A stretch of 64,000 bases of DNA from an uncultured Bdellovibrionales bacterium (GCA_964413875.1 CAYPUA010000012.1:8068-72067); one strand, 5' to 3'; counted from the stretch's first letter, positions 1 through 9,170 are shown. Notes: generated from the letters alone by a model not told the origin. Numbers and translations: made by a program.

Positions 1-1529
1 TCAGCCGGGCTTAGTTCCTTCGCCTCAAGCAGTTCCGAGAGGTACAACGAACGAATTTGGGGAACAGCCGCCATGATGGCGATTGTCGACTGCTCAATCG
101 GCTCCGGAGCTCTGCCAACCTCTTTGGCTGCGTTCGAATACAGCGGGCGGAATAGATCTACCCTCTGAAGATCCAGCCCCAGCGCCGCAGCTAGCTGTGC
201 GGTACCCAACCTGTCGCCCTGATACCCCTGCTGCAGTAGCTCTACACGAGTGCTGTCCGAGATCGACGGATTGAGGATCTTCAGGGCAATCGGAGCATTG
301 CCAGCCACCAGCATTGAAGGGTTTGGGCTAGCCGACCAGTCACGTACAAGGTCCGAGGAGCGAATTAACCCGAGTCGCCGAGATCTAGCAGTAACTATCT
401 GGAGAATCTCCTTCCTCTCGCCTGCGTCTCTCGCCTCCGCGGCGAATCGCAACAACGATTCGTGAGCCATCGGATCGTCAGAAGCGGCCAACGCCTGAAT
501 CTCTCCCCGTAGAGCTACTGGTGTCGAACCTGCGCCGAAGAATCGCTGGAGACCGCCAGGCTGCAGAACACTGAGCCCCACAAGTAGGCCGATCAGCACC
601 GCGAGAGTTACCAACACGATCGTTCCAGTTCTCCTGCCCCGAGGGGCAGACTTGAAATCGATCACCACACTCTCTGACTCGACATCTCTGGCTACAGAAG
701 CCACTTTTTTTGGCGCACCGACCAAGACCTCAGAGCGCTCTCGGAGTATCGCCTGCATCAGCGCTGTCGCGGTCTGCGGTCGATCCTCGGCAGCGCAAGA
801 AAGAATCGGGAGGACCGCAGGATTGAACCAACTCGGGGCTCGGTCGAGCGGAGGAAAATTCGTGTCAACACGGCGCTCCACACTACGGGCTGTTTCGACA
901 AGTGGCTTTGCGGAGAAGAAGCGGTATGAAAGTCGCGCGAGCGCAAAGACGTCGGTGTTAAACGCGCCAGATGGCTCCTCAATTTGCTCGGGCGCGAGGT
1001 ACATATGAAGCTCTTGAGCCTCCTCGAGCGGTGCTGCTGTGAAGAGCTCAGACCCGGAAGTGAGAATTCCTAGTCCGCCGAGAAAGCGAACTTCTCCGCC
1101 ACTCGTGAGAAGAAATGATTCGAGGCAAACATCTCCACAGGCGACGCCGGCTTTATGCATCCGCTCAACTGCTCGGACGCAGCCAAGCCATCGGCGCTCG
1201 GCTTCCCGTCGATCGACTCGACCCTCAAGTATGTGGCGTCCTGAGAAGAGTCGGAACGAGATCCATCCATGTCGCATAGGGTCGAGCCCAAAAGCGATCA
1301 CCTCTGGCTGACCCGGGACGGCACAGAGCTGATCGGCTCGGCGTAGAAACCGATCGACTGCTTCAGGCGATAGCGGCCCCCGCGAAATCCACAGAGCCAC
1401 GCTGCTACGAGACGCTCGGTCGATTGCTTTGAAGGTTTGTCCGGAGAGCGAGTACGCCAACCGAGCTTCTAGGGTAAACCGCTCTTCTATCGGAACCGAC
1501 AGGTCAGCGCGCCTACTCTCTGACTGCAT
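1..1529 (-). CDS. Membrane-anchored pseudokinase: degenerate Hanks-type Ser/Thr-kinase-like cytoplasmic domain, single TM helix, extracytoplasmic C-terminal region. Start codon in window; 3' end lies beyond the window start.
   Basis: Translating the minus strand by hand from ATG 1527-1529 gives an uninterrupted frame of ~510 codons running off position 1. It is not in the ORF track, presumably because no stop codon lies within the window. The N-terminal ~280 aa show kinase-fold landmarks with catalytic residues replaced: 'VALW' in place of VAIK, 'HKAGVACGDVCLESFLL' in place of HRDLKPENILL, 'FLGGLG' in place of DFG, and an APE-like 'YLAPEQI'. A hydrophobic helix 'TIVLVTLAVLIGLLVGLSVL' follows. 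The translation was done by eye, so individual residues are approximate. Confidence 0.5.
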   Translation of the reverse strand, partial: MQSESRRADLSVPIEERFTLEARLAYSLSGQTFKAIDRASRSSVALWISRGPLSPEAVDRFLRRADQLCAVPGQPEVIAFGLDPMRHGWISFRLFSGRHILEGRVDRREAERRWLGCVRAVERMHKAGVACGDVCLESFLLTSGGEVRFLGGLGILTSGSELFTAAPLEEAQELHMYLAPEQIEEPSGAFNTDVFALARLSYRFFSAKPLVETARSVERRVDTNFPPLDRAPSWFNPAVLPILSCAAEDRPQTATALMQAILRERSEVLVGAPKKVASVARDVESESVVIDFKSAPRGRRTGTIVLVTLAVLIGLLVGLSVLQPGGLQRFFGAGSTPVALRGEIQALAASDDPMAHESLLRFAAEARDAGERKEILQIVTARSRRLGLIRSSDLVRDWSASPNPSMLVAGNAPIALKILNPSISDSTRVELLQQGYQGDRLGTAQLAAALGLDLQRVDLFRPLYSNAAKEVGRAPEPIEQSTIAIMAAVPQIRSLYLSELLEAKELSPA

Positions 1530-1714
1530 GATGTCCACCTAGTGCGCCCCCTACTACTGCCTCGTTGAGAAAGTTTTTCCACCTAACGACGTTGCAGCCT
1601 TGAACGATGCAGTAGCCATATCTAGCGTGTTTTCGGCGCGAAAGGCGCCGAACGCGAACAACCCTAGCGCTGCCTTTAACGGAATGAAGGTGATAAGACT
1701 TTTTGACAGCATCA

Positions 1715-3826
1715 CTACCGCGATACCAGCCCCCACAAGCCAATCTGTTCAACCCGAATTGCTGGGTCTAACTCACCGAAGGTAAGCACGAAGAGCTTCT
1801 TAGCAGCGCCACGAGTGACGGAAAGAACCTTCGCTTTAGTATCCTCTGAGCACAGGATCGCGACCGGAACAACGCCAAGTTCGAGGGTCGGCTTCAAAAC
1901 CGCTTGGAGTCCGTTACAGAGGGCGTCGTAGGTTTCAGGCTCGACTGCGAGCGGTAACGACTTCCCTCCGAGCTCCGCTTCCTCAAGCACCTGTTCGACC
2001 TCGGCTGCCAGCGAAATGACGCGCAGCGATTTTGCCGGACCGATAAACCGGCGTAGCACCTGCCTTCGTCGGCCCGAGCGGATGTGATCAACGACGCTTG
2101 ACGCATTTACTGTACTCTCATTATCGAGAGTGACCCCGCTTGTGGAGCAGTACGAAGCGACTCCTTCAGCCACCGCGCGGAAGTCTCGAACACTGATCCC
2201 CTGCCTGATTAATTCCTGAAGAATCTCGGCTAGCTTTGGAACAGATACGAATTCACGCCCGAAGCCCTCCCCGATCAGTCCCGGATGCCGCTTCTCTACT
2301 TGCCGCAAGAGCGAGTGGACGTCTGTCGCAGAGATGAACTCCTCTGGATGTTGGAGACAGAAGCTAGCTATCCGGAGTCCGATGTACTCGAAGAAGTCGT
2401 AGCTCTTAATCGATGCCGCATCGAGCATTTTGCGAACTTTTGGGGAGTTGCTCGTCCAGAATATCTTGTGACCGGAAACCGGATGCTCCTCAGTCAGCAA
2501 GACATTGAGGCCAAGCATTGGCGCCTGCGATGAGGAGATCTCAACGAGGAGAGCATCTGGCAACACACGACCCGAGAACATCTCTACCCCACCATGCGTA
2601 ACGCGGTACGAGGACGCCGCGCCGAGTTCATCAGTGACTACCCGGACGTTCGGCATCAACAAGCCGACATCTCCAAATAGCGCTGCACGGAACTGCGTCC
2701 ACCAAGCCACATATCGAGGCACCGCATTACGGTACGAACGGAAGAGCACCGCGGCGTCGAGAGACACCTCTATGCTCTCTGCGTCACTATCGAGCTCTGA
2801 GCCAGAGCCCTGAGGCTGCGGCAACCCCGTCATACGCGAGAAGTCGGTCTGCTGAAGCGCCATCCCCGCCTGACTGCGAAGCCGTCGCGTCAACACCAGC
2901 CCTGCGCCTGCCGCGACGACACCAACCGCCATGAAAGGAAGCGTGGGGATACCCGGAAGCACACCGAAGACCGCCAGGATGCCGGCAGTCACGAACAGCA
3001 CTACCGGTTGGGCGAACAGCTGCGCTCTCAGGTCAGAGCTCAAACTTGAGTTCTCTGACGAAGAGACGCGAGTCACGATAATACCGGCACAGATGGATGT
3101 CAGGAGACTCGGAATCTGCGTGACGAGCCCATCACCAACCGTCAGGACCGTGTAGGTCTGGACTGCGTCGGAAACTGACTGCCCCGACGAAATGCCCATG
3201 AACATGCCACCACAGATATTGACCAGAATGATGAAGAGGCCGGCGATCGCGTCGCCCTGCACAAACTTCATTGCTCCGTCCATCGAGCCGTAGAGCTGCG
3301 ACTCTCTCCGAAGCTCATCTCGCTTGCGCCGAGCCTCCTCCGCCGAAAGCAGCCCGGCTCTCACATCGTTATCAATCACGAGCTGCTTTCCGGGAAGCGC
3401 ATCGAGGGCGAACCTTGCTGCCACCTCCGAAACGCGCATCGCGCCCTTCGAGATGACGATAAAGTTCACCACCGTAACGATCGAGAAGATAATAATACCG
3501 ACGAGAATCTCGCCTCGGATGAGAAACGTTCCAAAGGCTTCGATGACCTGGCCTGCGTTTCCTTCGCTGAGAATCAGTCGAGACGATGCCACGTTGAGTC
3601 CGAGGCGAAAGAGCGTACTGAGAAGAAGAATAGTTGGAAACGTGTACAGGGCCGCGGAATTGGCGACGTACAGGCCAACAAGCAGCAGCAAGATGGAGAA
3701 AGAGAGGTTTACGACCAGCAGGATGTCGAGCAGCGGCGTGGGCAGAGGCACTATCAGCATAGCTGCGATGGCAACCACGAGCGCCATGAGCACAAAATCT
3801 GAGTAACGCAACCGGCCCTGCATCAT
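1715..3826 (-). CDS. flhA: FHIPEP-family export-gate protein (FlhA / SctV type): 8-TM N-terminal domain plus large cytoplasmic C-terminal domain.
   Basis: 703-aa ORF. It contains a near-perfect FHIPEP signature 'RVSEVAARFALDALPGKQLVIDND' (compare R-[LIVM]-[GSA]-E-V-[GSA]-A-R-F-x-L-D-[GSA]-[LM]-P-G-[KR]-Q-M-x-I-D). The N-terminus resembles FlhA ('LPLPTPLLDILLVVNLSFSILLLLVGLY', 'TFPTILLLSTLFRLGLNV'). A cytoplasmic domain of ~370 aa follows. The gene is on the same strand as tadC and begins 42 bp after it. Confidence 0.85.
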   Translation of the reverse strand: MMQGRLRYSDFVLMALVVAIAAMLIVPLPTPLLDILLVVNLSFSILLLLVGLYVANSAALYTFPTILLLSTLFRLGLNVASSRLILSEGNAGQVIEAFGTFLIRGEILVGIIIFSIVTVVNFIVISKGAMRVSEVAARFALDALPGKQLVIDNDVRAGLLSAEEARRKRDELRRESQLYGSMDGAMKFVQGDAIAGLFIILVNICGGMFMGISSGQSVSDAVQTYTVLTVGDGLVTQIPSLLTSICAGIIVTRVSSSENSSLSSDLRAQLFAQPVVLFVTAGILAVFGVLPGIPTLPFMAVGVVAAGAGLVLTRRLRSQAGMALQQTDFSRMTGLPQPQGSGSELDSDAESIEVSLDAAVLFRSYRNAVPRYVAWWTQFRAALFGDVGLLMPNVRVVTDELGAASSYRVTHGGVEMFSGRVLPDALLVEISSSQAPMLGLNVLLTEEHPVSGHKIFWTSNSPKVRKMLDAASIKSYDFFEYIGLRIASFCLQHPEEFISATDVHSLLRQVEKRHPGLIGEGFGREFVSVPKLAEILQELIRQGISVRDFRAVAEGVASYCSTSGVTLDNESTVNASSVVDHIRSGRRRQVLRRFIGPAKSLRVISLAAEVEQVLEEAELGGKSLPLAVEPETYDALCNGLQAVLKPTLELGVVPVAILCSEDTKAKVLSVTRGAAKKLFVLTFGELDPAIRVEQIGLWGLVSR

Positions 3827-3868
3827 GCTAAATCGGACTCCCCTTTCACCACCTGTGCCATCACTACA

Positions 3869-4789
3869 TCACATAGACGTTACGATCTGAAGTCCGAACC
3901 CGATCAAGAGTATGGCGAGGTATCCGAAGAATACCAGCGCCACGGGAGCAGTAGCTGCTAGCTCAAGTTTTTTGATCTTCTCCTCAATGCGAGCCTCACG
4001 CTGAGACGAAACGCTGTCTGCCAAATCTTGAAGCTGCTTACTGATCTCTCCACCGTGCTTGGCGACCTGCGAGAGCGCCAGGAAGGCATGCTTAAGGTCG
4101 TTGTGCCCCTGAAGCTGCCCTACTTCGGTTAGTGCTTCTTCAAGGCTCGAACCTGACTTTATGTGGAATTGCGCATACCGAAGGAGCTCTGTAACGGGGT
4201 TATGAGTATCACGCTCGTCGGCCATCTGAACGATCCGCATGAGGCACGGTCCGATATCGAGGGAGCTGCTAACCCCGATCGATACCTGTTCGATTACGAG
4301 TGGTAAGTAGAACAAGATCTCATCTTGGCGGCGATTGATTCGGCGCTCAAGGACCTTGAAGGGAATATAGAGCCCAAGAATTAAACCTACCAATGCAAAT
4401 AACAGCACCTGCTGCGTCCCCCCGAGCCCCTTGCCGAGGAGAGCTAAGACTACCACTGATATAATCGGAACCATCACCTGCAAGCGTTTGAAGTCGGACT
4501 TCTGCTTGCTGGAAAAAATGCCGGCCCGGAAGAGCTTCTCCTCTAGTGATGGCTCCCCTCCCTTTTTCTTTTCCTTGATCACTGACTTCCGAAGGCGATC
4601 TAGCTCCTCACCACTCTCGTCCTTCTGTATGCGCTGACGAAGCTCAGCCATCGACTGGCTGTACTGCTCAGCCGCCATCAGGCCCCGGTAGCTTCGCTGC
4701 GTCGCCGAGTAACGTTGGTACAGCAGGTAGCCCCCGGTAACTATCGCTACGATCGCTGCAATGACTGGAACGAGAAGCGATGAGTCCAT
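3869..4789 (-). CDS. tadC: Tad/Flp pilus assembly inner-membrane platform protein TadC-like (T2SS-F/GspF fold).
   Basis: ORF 3869..4867. I trimmed the start to the Met of 'MDSSLLVPVIAAIVAIVTGG' (ATG at 4787-4789) so that it begins 4 nt after the tadB stop at 4794. TM helices and a TadC-like C-terminal half ('LEEALTEVGQLQGHNDLKHAFLALSQVAKHGGEISKQLQDLADSV'). Confidence 0.8.
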   Translation of the reverse strand: MDSSLLVPVIAAIVAIVTGGYLLYQRYSATQRSYRGLMAAEQYSQSMAELRQRIQKDESGEELDRLRKSVIKEKKKGGEPSLEEKLFRAGIFSSKQKSDFKRLQVMVPIISVVVLALLGKGLGGTQQVLLFALVGLILGLYIPFKVLERRINRRQDEILFYLPLVIEQVSIGVSSSLDIGPCLMRIVQMADERDTHNPVTELLRYAQFHIKSGSSLEEALTEVGQLQGHNDLKHAFLALSQVAKHGGEISKQLQDLADSVSSQREARIEEKIKKLELAATAPVALVFFGYLAILLIGFGLQIVTSM

Positions 4790-4793
4790 GGTC

Positions 4794-5780
4794 CTATACC
4801 TTGAGCTTTGTAACCTGCCTGACCCAGAAAATGCCGAGGAGAATGGCGCACACCCCACCCTGACCAACCATGCGGCCCGTCGGATGTGTCCAAGTCAGAA
4901 CAACACACTGCGGCCACGTGAAGTACATGTAGAGTTCAAGCGCAGCAAGCACCCCAAGAATGAACCAGATAGAGCCTCTCTGTTGTCCAACCGCTGCGTT
5001 CGCAGCCTGCCGAAAGTACTGACGACGCCGAACCTGTCGAGCGAGCCGATCGAGCGTGTCGGAGAGGTTTCCGCCAACCCGCTTGCTGAGGATTAGAGCC
5101 TGCACGAAAAGCTCAATCTCAGGGTGGTAGATATCTTCTCCAAAAGAGCCGATGGATCGCTCCTCCGAAACGCCCATCCGAAGACGTTCAAGCATCAGGT
5201 CAACTTCACGTTTCACGAGCGAGCCTTCCTCTAGCCCGCTTGCAGCTGCCTGAAGGGCCTGCGTCACATTGAGGCCGGTCTTTATCATTCCCACAAAGCT
5301 GAGCAGAAACTGCGGAAAGTCGCTGTCAAACCTCATAAAGCGGTTGTTGATGCGGCGGTTGAGAAGCCAGTTCAGAAGCAGCGGTCCTGTAAAGAGCGAG
5401 ACGACCTGCAACATAGTATCGAAGTACAGTCGGGTAACGAGGAACGCGAGCAAACTGACTATTATTTGGGCCAGGCTGAATGCGTACGGAGGTATGTGAG
5501 ATAGCTCGGCGAACTTTAACCGCTTGCGGATTGTGAGCTGCGTATCAGAGACTTTCTCGACCGCTATTTGCTCCAGGGCCGTACTCGTAATAGAGGCGGC
5601 AGCTTCTCCATTTTCTAGGCCCGCCTCCGCACGCTGGAGCTCAACTATCGAGCGCATCTGACGGCGAAGAGTCATCGGAGAGACAGCTCTGCCAGAGATC
5701 GGGAGGCGCATGATGAGCGCTGCGGCGAGCACCACCGCGATCACTCCAGCAACTATGGCGAGCACAGCCATCGGTTCCAT
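4794..5780 (-). CDS. tadB: Tad/Flp pilus assembly inner-membrane platform protein TadB-like (T2SS-F fold).
   Basis: 328 aa with an N-terminal TM helix. Typical TadB motifs: 'FPQFLLSFVGMIKTGLNVTQALQAAASGL', 'ALILSKRVGGNLSDTLDRLARQVR'. Begins 10 bp after the cpaF stop. Confidence 0.8.
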   Translation of the reverse strand: MEPMAVLAIVAGVIAVVLAAALIMRLPISGRAVSPMTLRRQMRSIVELQRAEAGLENGEAAASITSTALEQIAVEKVSDTQLTIRKRLKFAELSHIPPYAFSLAQIIVSLLAFLVTRLYFDTMLQVVSLFTGPLLLNWLLNRRINNRFMRFDSDFPQFLLSFVGMIKTGLNVTQALQAAASGLEEGSLVKREVDLMLERLRMGVSEERSIGSFGEDIYHPEIELFVQALILSKRVGGNLSDTLDRLARQVRRRQYFRQAANAAVGQQRGSIWFILGVLAALELYMYFTWPQCVVLTWTHPTGRMVGQGGVCAILLGIFWVRQVTKLKV

Positions 5781-5790
5781 GACGCCAGCG

Positions 5791-7353
5791 TTATCCTCCC
5801 TTGAGCGTTACCCCAATAATCGGCGCGAAGGTAATCTCCGGTGGTGAGTCACCGAGGAAAATTCCGTCTGCCTTTAGCTGCTCATCAAAATTGCTCGACC
5901 ACGATTCAACGCGCCACAAGGGCTTCGCCCCCTGCTTTATGAGTGAGAACATCGGGCGAACCTGTATTGTGCCCTCAACGAAATGTCCTACTTCTATCAC
6001 TTCGGCGATTCGAGGCCTGCCGGTACTCTTCTCGCGAATCAGCCAAACGACGCAGTCCACTGCGAGCGCTATCTGCTGCCGAATGATGTCTATGGCGACG
6101 GACTTCTGAGCTCTGCCCAGTAGGCTCTCAAGACGCACAAGCGTCTCTCGGGCGTTGCGCGCGTGGATAGTGGACATACCCACGTGGCCGGTCTGTGCGC
6201 TCTCCAGAAATGCCTCGGCCGCGAACGGGGTTCGCATCTCTCCAAGGATAACTCGTGTTGGAGTCATTCGGAGTGTTGTCTTGATATGCTCCTGGAGCGT
6301 TACCTCGCCAGCTCCCTCGGAATTTGCGGGGCGTGACACGAGCGAGCGAAAGTAAGGGTGTTGGAAATTGAGCTCTGGGGTGTCCTCAACCGCAACGATC
6401 GACTCACTAGAGCCAAACTGCGTGGCGAGACACTTTATCAGGGTTGTCTTTCCTGTTCCGGTCTCCCCGGCCACCATCATCGTAGCGAGTCCGCAGCGCA
6501 CCAGAGAGGCTAGGTAGTTCACGATCAGGGGCGGTGCAACCTGGTAGGCGATAATGTTCTCAAGGCTTGCCTCGCTGATGCGTGGAATTCGGATACACAG
6601 TAGTGGCCCACGCTGGCCACACACACTCTCATGCACCGCGCAGAGGCGCACACCGTTCGGAAACGACGCATCGACCGTGTGCTGCTGTGTCGTGAGTGAC
6701 TTGCCAAGCCGCAACAGGAGCCGATCAATGAAGGTTACGTACGCTTGCTGATTCGGCCAACTGAGGCCGGTAGTCTCACTGATCTTACCGCGCTGCAGCA
6801 CGACCGTCTTGTAGTCGTAGACATGGATGTCAGTTACATCCCGGTTGTCCATAAGGGGCTGCAGAACACCCCACCCCACCAGGTCTTTCTGGAGGTGAAT
6901 GATGATATTCACGCGCTCGATATCGTCGAGCGCTTCGCCACGCTTGCGGATGACTCGGTCAACTGCCTGAGCGATAACCTGCTCGGTCGCAGCAACAGTC
7001 GTCATCTGCTGCTGGAGAGTAAGGTCACTTCCGAGCTCGCGGCGGGCCTCGCGCATGACTGTCGATGCTGCTGCAGACATCTCCTGGGTTTTCGTCGCAG
7101 CAGGTTTAGCTGGCTGTTGAGCGGGCTGTGGCGCTGCGCTTTCTGCTGGGGCGGTGGCCTTGGCTTGGTCGGTTGCGGGCTTATCTGAAGGACTGCTGCC
7201 GCGTGCTGGACCCGAGCCCTCCGAACCTGAGCTGCGCCCGTGCGATGCTCGGGTCGAGAAGAGCCCAAGCAGGTCGTCTTTGGTATCTTTTTTTGAGCCT
7301 GACATAACCTTGCTCTCCAGTGCCTGCCTCGTTGCAAGAAGCAGCGCACGCAA
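5791..7353 (-). CDS. cpaF: CpaF/TadA-type secretion ATPase (T2SS-E / VirB11 superfamily) with a long low-complexity Ser/Ala/Pro-rich N-terminal extension.
   Basis: Walker A 'GETGTGKTTL'. Conserved CpaF blocks: 'IVAVEDTPELNFQHPY', 'TPTRVILGEMR', 'GHVGMSTIHA'. The first ~130 aa are a low-complexity A/P/S/Q-rich region; an internal start is possible. Confidence 0.9.
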   Translation of the reverse strand: MRALLLATRQALESKVMSGSKKDTKDDLLGLFSTRASHGRSSGSEGSGPARGSSPSDKPATDQAKATAPAESAAPQPAQQPAKPAATKTQEMSAAASTVMREARRELGSDLTLQQQMTTVAATEQVIAQAVDRVIRKRGEALDDIERVNIIIHLQKDLVGWGVLQPLMDNRDVTDIHVYDYKTVVLQRGKISETTGLSWPNQQAYVTFIDRLLLRLGKSLTTQQHTVDASFPNGVRLCAVHESVCGQRGPLLCIRIPRISEASLENIIAYQVAPPLIVNYLASLVRCGLATMMVAGETGTGKTTLIKCLATQFGSSESIVAVEDTPELNFQHPYFRSLVSRPANSEGAGEVTLQEHIKTTLRMTPTRVILGEMRTPFAAEAFLESAQTGHVGMSTIHARNARETLVRLESLLGRAQKSVAIDIIRQQIALAVDCVVWLIREKSTGRPRIAEVIEVGHFVEGTIQVRPMFSLIKQGAKPLWRVESWSSNFDEQLKADGIFLGDSPPEITFAPIIGVTLKGG

Positions 7354-7654
7354 TCCCTTCAGAAAAACCTAGCGGGCACCTAGTTTCGGCCCCCGAGTGC
7401 ATCGGTCCCCTAATGGTATGTTCGGCTGTCGATAAAGTTTTGCTTAGGCATTGTGTCGTAATTCCAGGTACTAACGACGTCTCTAGTGATGGGTCTGTTG
7501 AGCTATCGAGCCAGCAGGGTTAACGCCGATAGCTATAGCTGTTGTAATTACAGGTGCTTAGTGGTCCTAATGAGCGGGCGTCTGCTACAAATGGCTGTCC
7601 CACCGAAAAGCGACGGGGAGCGCCTCAGTTCACTAATACCGTTCTAGTGGTCCC

Positions 7655-8614
7655 TCACTGCGGCTTACCGTTGAGAGCCGCCACCTCTTCGGGAGACAGA
7701 AGCTTTCCGGCCACGATGAAGTAGTCTCGACCTCCAACCGTTACCTTCCCCTCAGTCTGTACCTGCTGCGTCGGTTGCTTTGTGCCGACTCCGAGAATCG
7801 TCTCTATTCCGATGGTGGTGTTCTGGGGCGACTCCACGGTGTCTTCGTCTCCGCGCAAGGCGAGGCTCAGCGTCCCCGCTTTAGCGGCGAGCTGAATCTT
7901 AGCGGCATCGTCTCCGGTAACCATCAGGGTGACTGTTGTCTGCGCTTTCGGATCTGAGGGAGAGGCACCTGGCTCTCCTGAGGTACTACGAGAAGCCGAT
8001 AGAACCTTCGCATTCTGGACAATGACTGTAAGCGTTGGCTTCTGAACTCGAGTTGGAGAGAGCATCACGTCTACTTTTGCGCCAGCTCGCGCCCATCCCT
8101 CCACGCTGGTGGTGGAATCAACAGACATAGTCACTGCGCGAAATCCATCTGGGATTTTCGCCTGAATCTGGTTGAGCGGCGGGTTGGAGGTAATGTAATC
8201 GAGCATCACAGGCTCTCCCGCGGCGATAAAAGAAGCTGCGTACGCTGAGCGGAGCTGGTCAAAGCTTGTCACGATATTTGCGCTTCCTCCTACTATCGCT
8301 CGGGTCTCTTTCCGAAACATGCTCGGATCAAGCTGCATACCGGTATCGATTTTCTGGATCGGAACAAGCACGTCGAGCGTCTCTGTGACAGGCTGCGGGA
8401 TGGACTGGGCTGTTTGCTGTGGTCCGGAGCTCGATGTTTTGCCGATGACGTAGAAGACCACGATGCCGAGGCACAAGAAGAGCAGGGCCAACAACACGAG
8501 GGTTGTGACGGGGGAATTGCCTTTCTGACTTTTTAGCGGACGAGAATTGCTAGTGGGCATGGCCCTCAGAGGTGTTCTGTTTTCAAAATTTATGAACTCG
8601 CGGGGTGTTGTCAT
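7655..8614 (-). CDS. cpaB: CpaB/RcpC-family Flp pilus assembly protein.
   Basis: N-terminal TM helix 'VTTLVLLALLFLCLGIVVFYVIG', followed by a CpaB-like periplasmic region ('TLTVIVQNAKVLSA...TVTLMVTGDDAAKIQLAAKAGTLSLALR'). An alternative start is at the Met of 'MPTSNS' (8560). Confidence 0.75.
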   Translation of the reverse strand: MTTPREFINFENRTPLRAMPTSNSRPLKSQKGNSPVTTLVLLALLFLCLGIVVFYVIGKTSSSGPQQTAQSIPQPVTETLDVLVPIQKIDTGMQLDPSMFRKETRAIVGGSANIVTSFDQLRSAYAASFIAAGEPVMLDYITSNPPLNQIQAKIPDGFRAVTMSVDSTTSVEGWARAGAKVDVMLSPTRVQKPTLTVIVQNAKVLSASRSTSGEPGASPSDPKAQTTVTLMVTGDDAAKIQLAAKAGTLSLALRGDEDTVESPQNTTIGIETILGVGTKQPTQQVQTEGKVTVGGRDYFIVAGKLLSPEEVAALNGKPQ

Positions 8615-8740
8615 AACCTACGACGCAGAAAGGGGGCCTTCGCAACGCGAAAGCCCCCTCCTGGTTCAGCAGCGCAGCACAAGGCTTGAATGGCGAGCAA
8701 CTGCCACCAACCGGAGCTTGCGCGGGCAAGTAACAGATTA

Positions 8741-8920
8741 CTAGTTAGCACCCGTAATGGCGCTGGAAGCCGAGCTGAACTTTCCGGTGATTGAAGTCCC
8801 CAGCGTGGTAACTGCCGCGATGGCAACAACCGCGATCAGCGAAACGAGTAGCGCGTACTCCACCATCGATGCTCCACGCTCAGAGCGTGCGTCATTCTTA
8901 ACCATCTCATCCTTTTTCAT
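8741..8920 (-). CDS. flp: Flp/Fap-family pilin precursor (59 aa). Not in the ORF track because it is shorter than 60 aa.
   Basis: Manual minus-strand translation gives MKKDEMVKNDARSERGASMVEYALLVSLIAVVAIAAVTTLGTSITGKFSSASSAITGAN. It contains the Flp prepilin signature (G/ASMVEYALL followed by a hydrophobic helix). It lies directly upstream of cpaB on the same strand. Confidence 0.7.
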   Translation of the reverse strand: MKKDEMVKNDARSERGASMVEYALLVSLIAVVAIAAVTTLGTSITGKFSSASSAITGAN

Positions 8921-9105
8921 AACAACCCTATCGTTCTAAGTTACCCGTTAGCTGCCCGAAGGCAATCCTAAGAGAGCTGGTTGGAACACATTGGGGCTTT
9001 CCAACACTCCTGCCGTAGGAACCGGCAGGACCCGCGAGCCACCCCAGCGTAATCGCGCCAGGTGCAACCTCACAAGAGCCTTTTTATTCTACCATCCGAC
9101 CCTAC

Positions 9106-9127
9106 GGGCTTCGAAGCCGATTTTTTC
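9106..9127 (+). terminator. Intrinsic-terminator-like element on the plus strand (perfect 6+6 palindrome GGCTTCGAAGCC followed by a T6 run) inside the tadZ-flp intergenic region.
   Basis: 'gggcttcgaagccgattttttcg'. Two more hairpins lie upstream on the same strand: gttggaa/ttccaac at 8980-9005 and cctgccg/cggcagg at 9009-9029. No plus-strand gene lies upstream of it. Confidence 0.3.
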
Positions 9128-9170
9128 GCATCTCGCCAGAATAACAGACACAAACCGAGTCCGAGGGGTG

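Noticed and set aside
1530-1714. Terminator between flhA and the pseudokinase gene (hairpin CGGCGC-gaaag-GCGCCG at ~1650).
   Set aside because: On the transcribed (minus) strand the hairpin is followed by A-rich sequence, not a U-run. It is therefore not a convincing intrinsic terminator, and the two genes may be co-transcribed.
3324-3806. Plus-strand 160-aa ORF, and many similar antisense ORFs (e.g. 29414..29998, 27387..28091, 6745..7188).
   Set aside because: These lie entirely inside well-supported genes on the opposite strand. They are typical high-GC shadow ORFs with Arg/Ser/Ala-rich, low-complexity translations.
1715-3826. Interpreting the FHIPEP gene as evidence for a complete injectisome T3SS.
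   Set aside because: No SctU/R/S/T/N/C/J/Q or needle genes are present anywhere in the window. Only the gate protein is present.
8757-8939. Plus-strand 60-aa ORF in the track.
   Set aside because: It is the antisense shadow of the minus-strand Flp pilin gene.
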